From contig NC_091283.1 of assembly GCF_032444005.1 (NCBI RefSeq), positions 445,904,001-445,968,000 of the forward strand: a stretch of DNA of 64,000 nucleotides, written 5' to 3'. Position 1 is the first letter of the stretch, and each line of letters opens with the position of its first letter. Shown here one piece after another: positions 1 through 12,150 of the stretch. The stretch comes from Ranitomeya imitator (taxonomy: Eukaryota). The position numbers and the translations under genes are program-made. A model generated the notes under the pieces. It had not been told where the DNA came from and did not search any database. It saw only the letters and a program-made list of their open reading frames with translations.

Positions 1-231
1 ACAAATAACACTGGAAATGACAAATACACCCAGGATACAAATAACACTGGAAATGACAAATACACCCAGGATACAAATAACACTGGAAATGACAAATACA
101 CCTAGGGTACAAATAACACTGGAAATTACAAATACACCTAGGGTACAAATAACACTGGAAATGACAAATACACCCAGGGTACAAATAACACTGGAAATAA
201 CACATACACCTAGGGTACAAATAACACTGGA
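1..231. repeat. 36-bp minisatellite (ACAAATAACACTGGAAATGACAAATACACCCAGGGT), ~6.4 copies, probably continuing beyond the window
   Basis: Direct tandem units visible; the ORF 17..295 is the 12-aa translation of the unit. Confidence 0.95.
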
Positions 232-369
232 GGAAATCTCTCTCTTGTCCTCTGGATACCCTAAATCTGTAAACCTTCCCAGCTGCAGAGGCTGACAGAG
301 ACAGGTGCTTCTCACTAAATCAGAGTATCATCAAAAAGTGACACTCAGATATAGAGTCATTACAGACAG

Positions 370-1555
370 AGTGATCTATTTCAAGTGTATATTTCTGTTA
401 ATGTTGATGATTATGGCTTACAGCCAATGAAAATCCAAGTGTCATTGTCTCAGTAAATTAGAATAGTTAATAAAAACACGTGCAAATCTTCCTAAGTGTT
501 TATATAGGTCCCTTAGTCTGTTTTAGCAGACTCCACAATCATGGGGAAGACTGCTGGCTTGACAGATGTCCAGAAAAAATCATTGACACACTCCACAAGG
601 AAGGTAAGCAACAAAAAGTCATTGCTAAAGAAGGTGTCTGGTCACAGAGTGCTGTATCCAAGCATATTAATGGAAAGTTTAGTGGAAGGATAAAGTGTGG
701 TAGAAAAAGGAGCACAAGCAACCGGGATAATCGCAGCCTTGAAAGGATTGTTAAGAAAACGCCATTCAAAAATTTGGGGAAGATTCACTAGGAGTGGACT
801 GCTGCTGGAGTCATTGCTTCAAGAGCCACCACACACAGATGTATCTAGGACATGGGCTACAAGTGTCACATTCCTTGTGTCAAGCCACTCATGACCAATA
901 GACAATGCAAGAAGCGTCTTACCTGGGCACAGGAGAAAAAGAGCTGGACTGTTGCTCAGTGGTCCAAGGTGTCGTTTTCAGATGAAAGTAAATTTTGCAT
1001 TTCATTTGGAAATCAAGGTCCCAGAGTCTGGAGGAAGAGTGGAGAGGCCACAATCCAAGCTGCTTGAGGTCTAGTGTGAAGTTTCAACAATCAGTGATGG
1101 TTTGGGGAGCCATGTCATCTGCTGGTGTAGGTCCATCGTGTTTTATCAAGACCAAAGTCAGCACAGTAGTCTACCAGGAAATATTAGAGCACTTCATGCT
1201 TCCATCTGCCGACAAGCTTTTTCGAGATGGAAATTTAATTCTCCAGCAGGACTTGGCACCTGTCCACACTGCCAAAAGTACCAATACCTGGTTTACAAAC
1301 AACAGTATCACTGTGCTTGATTGGCCAGCAAACTCGCCTGACCTTAACCCCATAGAGAATCTATAGGGTATTGTCAAGAGGAAGATGAGAGACACCAGAC
1401 CCAACAATGCAAACGAGCTGAAGGCTGCTATCAAAGCAACCTGGGCTTCCATAACACCTCAGCAGTGCCACAGGCTGATCGCCTCCATGCAAAAGGAGCC
1501 CGGACCAAATATTGAGTGCATTTACTGAACATACATTTCAGTAGGCCAATGTCTC
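370..1555 (+). mobile_element. Degenerate Tc1/mariner DNA transposon (DD34E transposase pseudogene), ends eroded
   Basis: Frameshifted pieces MGKTAGLTD..(541), [29 protein letters not shown]; stops and frameshifts present; limits approximate. Confidence 0.9.
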
Positions 1556-3049
1556 GGAGTATACTGACAGGACAGCAGGAGACCACAAATGATTCTTTCT
1601 GAAAAAAAAAAAAAATTTCCCTGCCTTTTTTAATCAATATTTTACCTCAAAGAAATAATTATTTGCAATCCTCTTCTGTAATGTCTGTATCATCTCTTTT
1701 TCTTCCTTCGCTGCCCAGGAGGTGTGGTATGAACAGACCATGTCCCTGTACGGTCAGACACAGCCAATGTTGGGGGCAGGCAGACTTGGCAGCCGCCTAG
1801 GGCTCCCACTCCTCCAGGGGCCCCCAGCCAGTGGCCGCTATGGGGCCCGGCCCTGCCCCCTCCCCGCATTGCACATTCAACTTATCTGCATCATAGATGC
1901 CAATAAAGCTGAAAGCAGTGATGGAGGAGAGATCGTCAGCTGACACTCCCTCTCACTTCACTTCCCCTCTGCCTGTGACTCAGCATGTTTCAGCAGTGGA
2001 GCTGATGAGACACTCTGCAGAAGCAAGAGCAGAAGGGGTACAAGGAAGAGAGGTAAGGTGTGTGCGCATTATAGTGTGTGGGGGGGCTACATTGTACTGT
2101 GCATTGTCCTGTGTGTGGCGCTGCACTGTGAGAGTGTTGGGGGCTGCACTATACTGTGTGTGTTTGTGGGGGGCTGCATTATACTCTGAGGGGGGCTGCA
2201 TTATACTGTGTGTGGGGGGGCTACATTATACTGTGTGTGAAGGGGGCTGCGCTATACTGTGTGTGTTTGTGGGAGTGAGTCCTTCATTATAATTGTCAAT
2301 TTTAGGATTTTTTTTTTTTATTAAGTTAAATTTTATATACAATATCTGGCAAAAATTATGGAATCACCGGCCTTGGAGGATGTTCATTCAGTTTAACCCC
2401 TTAGTGACAGAGCCAATTTGGTACTTAATGACCGAGCCAATTTTTGCAATTCTGACCACTGTCACTTTATGAGGTTATAACTCTGGAACGCTTCAACGGA
2501 TCCCGCTGATTCTGAGATTGTTTTTTCGTGACATATTGTACTTCATGTTAGTGGTAACATTTCTTCGATATTACTTGCGATTATTTATGATAAAAATGGA
2601 AATATGGCGAAAATTTTTAAAATTTTGCAATTTTCAAACTTTGTATTTTTATGCCCTTAAATCAGAGAGATATGTCACGAAAAATAGTTAATAAATAACA
2701 TTTCCCACATGTCTACTTTACATCAGCACAATTTTGGAAACAAAATTTTTTTTGTTAGGGAGTTATAAGGGTTAAAAGTTGACCAGCAATTTCTCATTTT
2801 TACAACACCATTTTTTTTAGGGACCACATCACATTTGAAGTCATTTTGAGGGGTCTATATGATAGAAAATAACCAAGTGTGACACCATTCTAAAAACTAC
2901 ACCCCTCAAGGTGCTCAAAACCACATTCAAGAAATTTATTAACCCTTTACGTGCTTCACAGGAACTGAAACAATGTGGAAGGAAAAAATGAACATTTAAC
3001 TTTTTTTTGCAAACATCTTAATTCAGAACCATTTTTTTTATTTTCACAT

Positions 3050-4810
3050 GTGTAAAAACAAAAATGTAACCATAAATTTTGTTATGCAATTTCTCCTGAA
3101 TACGCCAATACCCCATATGTGGGGGTAAACCACTGTTTGGGTGCACCGCAGAGCTTGGAAGTGAAGGAGCGCCGTTTTACTTTTTCAATGTAGAATTGGC
3201 TGGAATTGAGATTGGACGCCATGTCGTGTTTGGAGAGCCCCTGATGTGCCTAAACAGTGGAAACCCCCCACAAGTGACACCATTTTGGAAACTAGACCCC
3301 TTAAGGAACTTATCTAGATGTGTGGTGAGCACTTTGAACCCCCATGTGCTTCACAGAAGTTTATAACGTAGAGCCGTGAAAATAAAAAAAATCGCATTTT
3401 TTCTACAAATATGATCTTTTTGCCCACAAATTTTTATTTTCACAAGGGTAACAGGAGAAATTAGACCACTAAAGTTGTTGTGCAATTTCTCCTGAGTACG
3501 TTGATACCCCATATGTGGGGGTAAACCACTGTTTACGCACCGCAGAGCTTGGAAGAGAAAGAGTGCCGTTTTACTTTTTCAATGTAGAATTGGCTGGAAT
3601 TAAGATCGGACGCCATGTCGCGTTTGGAGAGCCCCTGATGTGCCTAAACAGTAGAAATCCCCCACAAGTGACCCCATTTTGGAAACTAGACCCCCCATTG
3701 AACTTATCTAGATGTGTGGTGAGAACTTTGAATGCCCAAGTGCTTCACAGATGTTTATAATGCAGAGTCGTGAAAATAAAAAAAAAAAAATTTTTTACAC
3801 AAAAAAGATATTTTAGCCCCCAAGTTTTTATTTTCACAAGGGTAACAAGAAAAATTGGACCCCAAAAGTTGTTGTCCAATTTGTCCTGAGTATGCTGGTA
3901 CCCCATATGTGGGGGTAAACCAATGTTTAGGCGCACGGCAGAGCTCGGAAGGAGCGCCGTTTTGGAATGCAGACTTTGATAGAATGGTCTGTGGGCATTA
4001 TGTTGCGATTGCAGAGCCCCTGATGTACCTAAACAGTAGTAACCCCCCACAAGTGACCCCATTTTGGAAACTAGACCCCCCAAGGAACTTATCTAGATGT
4101 GTGGTGAGAACTTTGAATGCCCAAGTGCTTCACAGAAGTTTAGAATGCAGAGTCGTGAAAATAAAAAATATTTTTTTTTTCACAAAAAAGATATTGTAGC
4201 CCCCAAGTTTTTATTTTCACAAAGGTAACAGGAGAAATTGGACTGCAATAGTTGTTGTCCAATTTATCCCGAGTATGCTGATGCGCCATATGTGGGGGTA
4301 AACCACTATTTGGGCGCACGGCAGAGCTCGGAAGGGAAGGAGCGCCGTTTTGGAATGCAGACTTTGATAGAATGGTCTGTGGGCGTTATGTTGCGTTTGC
4401 AGAGCCCCTGATGTACCTAAACAGTAGTAACCCCCCACAAGTGACCCCATTTTGGAAACTAGACCCCCCAAGGAACTTATCTAGATGTGTGGTGAGAACT
4501 TTGAATGCCCAAGTGCTTCACAGAAGTTTAGAATGCAGAGTCGTGAAAATAAAAAATATTTTTTTTTTTCACAAAAAAGATATTGTAGCCCCCAAGTTTT
4601 TATTTTCACAAAGGTAACAGGAGAAATTGGACTGCAATAGTTGTTGTCCAATTTATCCCGAGTATGCTGATGTGCCATATGTGGGGGTAAACCACTATTT
4701 GGGCGCACGGCAGAGCTCGGAAGGGAAGGAGCACCATTTTACTTTTTGAGCGCAAAATTGGCTGTCGTGTTTGGAGACCCCCTGATGTACCTAAACAGTG
4801 GAAACCCCCC
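3050..4810. repeat. ~390-bp internal tandem repeat, ~4.5-5 units
   Basis: The motif CAATTT..CC.GA.TA.G...ATACCCCATATGTGGGGGTAAACC recurs near 3087, 3483, 3877, 4260 and 4649. Confidence 0.9.
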
Positions 4811-4819
4811 AATTCTAGC

Positions 4820-5732
4820 TCCAACCCAACTCCAACACACCCCTAACCCTAATCCCAACCTGATCCATAATCCTAATCACTAACCCTAACGATAATCACA
4901 ACCCTTACCCCAAAACAACCCTAATGTCAACTCTAACCATAACCCTAATCAAAACCCTAAATCCAACACACCCCTAATCCTAATCTCAACCCTTACCTCA
5001 AACCTAACCCTAATCCCAATACACCCCTAATCACAACCCTAACCTTAACCCTAATCCCAAACCTAACCCTAATCCCAAGCGTAACCCTAATGCCAACCCT
5101 AACCCTTATACCAACCCTAATCCAAACCCTAACCCTAATCCCAACTCTAACCCTAACTTTAGCCCCAACCCTAGCCCTAACTTTAGCCCCAACCCTAACC
5201 CTAGCCCTAAGGCTACTTTCACACTTGCGTCGTTTGGCATCCGTCGCAATCCGTAGTTTTGGACAAGAAACGGATCCTGCAAATGTGCCCGCAGGATGCG
5301 TTTTTTGCCCATAGACTTGTATTGCCGACGGATTGTGACGGATGGCCACACGTCGCGTCCGTCGTGCACTGGATCAGTTGTTTTGGCGGACCGTCGGCAC
5401 AAAAAAAGTCCAATGAAACGTTTTTTTGTACGTCGCATCCGCCATTTCTGACCGCACATGCGTTGCCGTAACTCCGCCCCAGGACAAAGATTGGGCAGCG
5501 GCTGCGTTGAGAAACTACATCCGCTGCCCACGTTGTGCACAATTTTCACAACGTGCGTCGGTATGTCGGGCCGACGCATTGCGACGGCCCCGTACCGACG
5601 TAAGTGTGAAAGAAGCCTAACCCTAAATTTAGCCCCAACCCTAACCCTAAATTTAGCCCTAACCCTAGCCCTAACCCAACCCCTAACCCTGCTCCTAACC
5701 CTAGCCCTACCCCTACCCCTAATTTTAGCCCC
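4820..5732. repeat. Degenerate telomere-like (CCCTAA)n tract, interrupted by a MITE
   Basis: CCCTAA / CCCTAG / CCCCAA variants at 4820-5210 and 5618-5732. Confidence 0.85.
5211..5617. mobile_element. PIF/Harbinger-like MITE
   Basis: TAA|GGCTACTTTCACACTT ... AAGTGTGAAAGAAGCC|TAA; 3-bp TAA TSD. Confidence 0.85.
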
Positions 5733-6315
5733 AACTGCTCTTCTCCTGCCGGCCAGCAGATGGAGACAGATGGCGGGTGCACTGCGCATGCGCCCGCCAT
5801 TTTCTTTTGCCGGCGGCCAGGAGGAGCAGCAGGAGGATCCAGGGACACAGGTGAGTATGGCAGGGTCCCCGAATCCCCCTATTTCTCTGTCCTCTGATGT
5901 GCGATCACATCAGAGGACAGAGAATTACACTTTTTTTTTTTTTTTTACGGTCGCCGGTAAACAGTTAATTACCGGCGATCGCAAATGCGGGGTCGGTACA
6001 AAACCCCCCGAATCATGTTCTCTGGGGTCTCGACTACCCCCGGCAGCCGAGACCCCGGAGAAAATCCGACTCTGGGGGGCGCTATTCACTTTTTCCACAG
6101 CACCGTTAATTAACGGCGCTGTGGTTTAAGTACCCTTAGCGGCCGCCGTTAAAAGGCGTATCGGCGGTCGCTAAGGGGTTAATTTTGTAGAAACAAAGCA
6201 GATCACAGACATGGCACAAAACTAAAGTAATTTCAAATGGCAAATTTCTGGCTTTAAGAAACACAAAGAAATCAAGAACAAAAAATGTGGTAGTCAGTAA
6301 TGGTTACTTTTTTTT

Positions 6316-6815
6316 TACCCCTTAATCCCATATGACATACTATCCAGTCGAGGTGACCTGGAACTTAATTCCCAGTGACGGGATAGAACGTCATATGCGA
6401 TCGGCCGCACTCACGGGGAAAGCGCGGCTGGGTGTCAGCTGACTATCGCAGCTGACATCCGGCACTATGTGCCAGGAGCCGTCATGGACCGCGCCTGGCA
6501 CATTAACCCCCGACACACTGTGATCAAACATTATTGCAGTAAATCGGCGGCATAGGGAAGCATCCCCTCCCTGCGCGCTTCCCTGAGACCCTCGAAGCAA
6601 CGCAATGTGATCGCGATGCTCCGAGGGTCTCCTACATTCTCCCTGCAGGCCTGGGATCCAAAATGGCCGCGGGGCTGCATCCGGGTCCTGCATGGAGGTG
6701 GCTTACCAGCGCCTGCTCAGACCAAGCGCTGGTAAGCCTGCAGCCCTGCATGTCAGATCGCTGATCTGACACAGTACTGTGCAAAATGTCAGATCAGCGA
6801 TCTGACCCTATAACA
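6316..6815 (+). mobile_element. Truncated second piggyBac-like MITE in the same Tc1 TIR
   Basis: Starts TTA(A)CCCCTTAATCCC where the right TIR has TTTTTTAA; internal similarity to 40713-41160; its right end and the transposase 3' end are deleted. Confidence 0.65.
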
Positions 6816-8618
6816 TGATGGAGCCTTGTCATGGACCATTTCCTTCAACTTCCACCAAAGATTTTCAATTGGACTGAGATCCGGACTATTTGCAGGCCAT
6901 GACATTGACCTTATGTGTGTTTTTTTTCAAGGAATGTTTTCACAGTTTTTGCTCTATGGCAGGATGCATTATCATCTTGGAAAATTATTTCATCATCCCC
7001 AAACATCCTTTCAATTGATGGGATAAGAAAAGTGTCCAAAATATCAACATAAACTTGTGCATTTATTGAAGATGTAATGACAGCCAGCTCCCCAGTGCCT
7101 TCACCTGACATGCAGCCCCATATCATCAATGATTGTGGAAATTTGCATGTTCTCTTCAGCCAGTCATCTTTATAAATCTCATTGGAACGGCACAAAACAA
7201 AAGTTCCAGCATCATCACCATGCCAAATGCAGATTCGCGATTCATCACTGAATATGACTTTCATCCAGTCATCCACAGTCCACGATTGCTTTTCCTTAGC
7301 CCATTATAACCTTGTTTTTTTCTGTTTAGGTGTTAATGATGGCTTTCGTTTAGCTTTTCTGTTTGTAAATCCCATTTCCTTTAGGCGGTTTCTTACAGTT
7401 CGGTCACAGAAGTTTACTCCAGTTTCCACCCATTCGTTCCCCATTTGTTTTGTTGTGCATTTCCTGTTTTGGAGACATATTGCTTTAAGTTTCCGTTCTT
7501 GACACTTTGATGTCTTCCTTGGTCTACCAGTATGTTTGCCTTTAACAACCTTCCCATGTTGTTTGTTTTTGGTCCAGATTTTAGACACAGCTGACTGTGA
7601 AAAACCAACATCTTTTGCAACATTGCGTGATGATTTACCCTCTTTTAAGAGTTTGATAATCCTCTCCTTTGTTTCAATTGACATCTCTCATGTTGGAGCC
7701 ATGATTAATTTCAGTCCACTCTGTGCAACAGCTCTCCAAGGTGTGATCACTCCTTTTTAGATGCAGACTAACAAGCAGATCTAATTTGGTGCAGGTGTTA
7801 GTTTTGAGAATGAAAATTTACAGGGTGATTCCATAATTTTTTTCCTCAGAATTAAGTGATTCCATAATTTTTACCCTTTGCTTGGTTAAAAAAAAAGTAA
7901 CCATTACTGACTACCCTATTTTTTTTTCTTGATTTATTTAGCGTTTCTTAAAGCCAAAAAGTTGCCATTTGAAATGTCTCTAGTTTTGCGCCATGTCTGT
8001 GATCTGCTTTTTTTCTACAAAATTAAACAACTGAATGAACATCCTCCAAGGCCAATGATTACATAGTTTTTGCCAGGGGTTGTATTACTCCAATTGGATT
8101 AGTCAGTGAAAGTGTGTTAATTATTTTTGGAGACATTTTTCCATCCAGTCAGCAGTGAATTTACTATATAAATCTGTTATCACTGGAATCGCAATGACCC
8201 AAAGAATAAAGTCATTTAAACACTTATACCGCACGAAGAACGACGTAAAAATTAAATAGAACCAATTCTTCATCTGCTGTTCATTTGTTCATTCTGCTTC
8301 CAAAGTTCACAGTAAAGCTCAGCTCACATTTATCCTGCACTCTACGCCGAGCGCTTACACCGGGGTTTCCGTGTAAGTCTCTGAAATACGTGATTCAGAC
8401 GAAACCCCTGGAGGAAGATTCCCTATAATGAGGCAGATGGAGCCTAGGACCTGTGATCTGGCGGTGTCCGTCTTTTTATTGGGAGTGCACAAAAAAGTGA
8501 TGACTGCTTTTTTTTTGTGCACCTCTGAAAAGAAAAAAGGACACCACTAAACGGAGTCCAGAGTAACTCTACTGCCTCATCATAGTAAATGAATCCCTTG
8601 GGGGTTTCATCTAAATTA

Positions 8619-9043
8619 CTGTATTTTTCAATTAAGACGCGTTTTGTCCCCAATAAATTTTTTTGGGGAAATGGGGGTGCGTCTTATAATGTGGATATAC
8701 TTTACTGGCCGCAGGCTGGGATGAGGGGGTGTTCAGATGTGCGATGCGGCGCGCCGCTGCGGATGACCGATGCTGCGGGGGCTCTGCCGACATCTTGTGA
8801 AAGCCCAGAGCCTCCGCCACACCACACCACACATCCGAACACCCCCTCATACCAGCCTGCTCCTGCAACAACGCTCCACTCTTGCCTCCTCCAGCGGCGA
8901 CTCTAGGACCCAGCTTCACTGCAGCCACCGGTAAGCAATAAGATGCATGGATTATATGAGAATCACCATTTTACTAAAAAAAAGTTTTTTCTCCTATATG
9001 TCTCCTCAAAACTTGGGTGCGCCTTATAATTCGCAAAATACGG
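8619..9043. mobile_element. pogo/Tigger-like MITE
   Basis: TA|CTGTATTTTTC ... GCAAAATACGG|TA with subterminal GGGTGCG(T/C)CTTATA. Confidence 0.65.
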
Positions 9044-9222
9044 TACGTCACTCAGAAATTTAAGGGGAAACCCCAAAGTAAGTGCTCGGTGTAGAGAGCT
9101 GGATAACTGTGATCCAAAATGTTATTCAAAATGTTCCAAATAAAAGCTTCAGCGCAATCCACAAAATAAGTCTCCACTCAGGTCCATCATCTGTTAACGG
9201 AAATATAGGGGCTTCCACGTTA

Positions 9223-9717
9223 GGCCGGGGTCACACACAATGTATAAAAAAATCTGTCCGATTTTGTCTGCTGAGAATCGCACAAATGTTCTCCGTATGG
9301 TGATCCGTATCTCATCTTTGTAGAATGCCAGGATGCGTTTTTTTCTCAAAAAAGTATCCGTGTGTCATCTGTATGTCATCCGTATGGTGAGATTTTCTCA
9401 CACACTTGCAAAATGAGTAAATAATGGCTGAGCATTTCCTGTCACCTGCCCAATGCCTGAGAATTTCTCGTAAGTGACACATGTGGTCCATGTGTAATCC
9501 GTATTTTTCTCGCCCCATAGACTTGCATTGGCGTTTCTCAGCTGAGATACGCGGACAATCCCAGCATGCTGTGATTTCACTAGCAAGTGTAATACGGACG
9601 AGAAAAAAACGGATGATGGGAGCGGCCCCATAGATTCACTTTGGTCCGAGGGCTATGCGATTTTTTTTTTTTCTCGCTTAACACTCATCCGTATTACGCT
9701 GTAGTGTGACCCCGGCC
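9223..9717. mobile_element. PIF/Harbinger-like MITE
   Basis: TIRs GGCCGGGGTCACAC / GTGTGACCCCGGCC, flanks TTA / ATA. Confidence 0.8.
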
Positions 9718-11059
9718 ATACTGGTAGCACAAAGGCTCTGGAAAAGCGAAATGGCTCCTCACTCCCCAAACGAAATTCAGCAAATTCTCCGCTCCCAAAT
9801 CCAAATGCCTCCTCCATTCTGAGCCCCAGTGTGCCTAAACCACATATAGTGTCCACATGTTTGGAATTTCTGTAGCGATGGGATCCCACCTAATTTACGG
9901 GTGCATGAACTTTGCACAATGTGCTGGTCACTACAATGTACTGGTCACTGCAACATACTAGACACTACAATGATAGTTTGCAATTTTCACGCAGCATCAT
10001 CTGCTGCTTCTTGTTTCTGGAAAACGCCCATGGAGTCAAAATTGTCATGACCCTACAGATAAATTCCCAGTGGTGTATAATTTCCAAAATGGGGTCACTT
10101 GAGGGGGGGGGGGGAATTCTGCTCTTCTAGCACTTTGGGGCTCTGTATATGGAGTCCACAAACTATTATAGAAAATTCTGCACTTCAGGATGCCTCCTGT
10201 AAAAGAGAACTGCTTAGCCATACGGCGAGACTGGGGAGGCATAGAACACTATTTGCCACAACCACATTGGGGTAGGTCTACATTCAGCAGAAATTGTGGG
10301 TCAAATTTTGGTGCCATTTTTACCCAATTTCCAGTGTGAAAATGTAAAATCTGGAACTAAAACAAAATTTTGATGGTAAAAAATATAATTATTTTTTTCT
10401 TAACTACCCAAGGGTATAAAATTCTGTGACCTGCCTGTGGTGTCAATATGATCATTGCACCCCTAGATAAATTCATTGAGAGTTTGTAAAATAGGGTCTC
10501 TTATGGGGGGGTTTCTGCTGTACTCGCACCTCAGGTGCTGTGCAAATGTGACATAACACCCTCAATCTAGTCCATTAAAATGTGAAGTCCAATATGGCCC
10601 TTCTTCCTTTCTAAGCTTTGAACTCTGCGTACTCAGGAGTAATTGCACAACAAATTTTGGGTTTCATTTGTCCTGCTATCCTTGTGAAAATAAAAAAAGC
10701 GTAGTTACTCACCGATAACGGTGTTTCTCAGAGCCCATGACAGCACTAACAGAGAGAGGGGATCCACCCTTCAGGGACAGGAAACCTACAGGATAAAAGG
10801 GCGGTACCTCTCCCTCGCATCAGAGCATCGGAGGTCCTCCAGGTTAGTCACAACAACAAAAAATATACAACTTAATCATATTGCTTAACAAGTGAACACC
10901 GTGTCTATATAGAAAAAACACTTTATCCAAAATAATGTGCTCACCGCACACGTTATGAGGGGGGGAATAAGCAGGTGCTGTCATGGGCTCTGAGAAACAC
11001 CATTATCGGTGAGTAACTACGCTTTTCTCAGTCGCCCATGACAGCACTACCAGAGAGAA

Positions 11060-12150
11060 TTGCAGAGATTATTGCTTAGGGAGGGACCACAGCCTGCAGA
11101 ACCCTTCTTCCGAAGGTTAGGTCAGACGAAGAGGCTAGGTCTAAAGAAGGTTGAAGGTGATGACCAGGTGGCCGCCTTACAAATCTGATCTAATGGTACC
11201 TCCGACCTTTCGGCCCAGGAGGTCGCCATAGCCCTTGTGGAGTGGGCTTTCAGACCCTCTTGGTGGACGAGTACGCCAGGACTATCGCATCTGTTATCCA
11301 CCGTGCTATAGTGCCTTTGGAGGCCCCGAATCCTTTCCTAGGTCCCTGGAAGCAGATAAAAAGAGACCTTTCCTTCCTACACTGCTGGGTGGTTTTAATA
11401 TATTGAACTAGACACCTTCTCACATCTAGTGTGTGGAACTTTTCTTCTTTCTTATTTCTAGGGTCTGGACAGAAGGTAGGAAGGATTATTTCCTGAGACC
11501 TGTGGAATGTGGACGCAATTTTGGGTAAATAGGCAGGGTCTGTTTTTAGTATAACCTTATCATCCAGGATTTGTGAAAAGGGAGGGTTTGCAGACAGGGC
11601 TTGGAGATCACTTATTCTGGGGGTCGATGTCAGGGCTATCAGGAGGGCCGTTTTAAGTGATAGAATCCTAAGTGGTACTGATTCTATAGGCTCAAATGGG
11701 GATTCTGTTAAAGCTGACAAGACCAAGTTCAAATCCCAGGTTGGTAATCTACATATAGTTACAGGTTTAGACCTTGCGGCTGCTCTGACAAACCGTATTA
11801 CCCAAGGGTTGGCCGCTATGTTTTCACAGTACAGTGCTCCTAGGGCAGCTATCTGTACTTTTAAAGGTACTTAATAAAAGGCCTAGGTCTAACCCCTTTT
11901 GAAGAAATTCTAATATTTCAGCAACTGGGACCCCATCTTTCAAGCTAACCCCAGAGGAGGACAAACATTTTTTCCAAGTTTTGCCATATATTTTTGTGGT
12001 CACAGGTTTTCTACTTTTCATTAGTGTAGAAACTAGCTTGTCAGAAAACCCCCTTTCCTTCAATAGTGACCTCTCAAATTCCACGCTGTCAAATGGAGAT
12101 TCTCTGACTGAGGGTGGAACACCGGTCCCTGTGACAGGAGGGCCGGAAGA
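11060..12150 (-). pseudogene. DIRS copy 1 tyrosine recombinase (frameshifted; catalytic Tyr segment deleted)
   Basis: ERSLLKERGFS..YGKTWK, TPRISDLQAL, HTLDVRRCL, KAHSTRAMATSW..ATWSSPSTF; the FKHY segment present in copy 2 is missing. Confidence 0.85.

Larger units (their letters stand above)
2397..6178 (+). mobile_element. Non-autonomous piggyBac-like element (3.8 kb) with TTAA TSD
   Basis: TTAA|CCCCTTAGTGAC ... GTCGCTAAGGGG|TTAA; no transposase ORF; removing it restores the Tc1 TIR. Confidence 0.85.
2340..8082 (-). mobile_element. Tc1 (IR/DR type) transposon split by nested insertions
   Basis: TA|CAATATCTGGCAAAAATTATGG at 2340 and TTTTTGCCAGGGGTTG|TA at 8082. The long TIR continues at 6183-6315 and matches 7846-8082 inverted; inner DRs GTGATTCCATAATTTTT near 7824 and 7857. 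Transposase remnants 7304..7684 (HTH, MSIETKERIIKLL) and 6911..7276 (FSDES, FQDDNASCH). Confidence 0.9.

Noticed and set aside
1725-2330. Possible hAT-type element fragment with short G-rich repeats
   Set aside because: No paired TIRs or 8-bp TSD could be identified.
4820-5732. True telomere or chromosome-fusion site
   Set aside because: Degenerate, single orientation, and internal to a TIR/TSD-bounded element.
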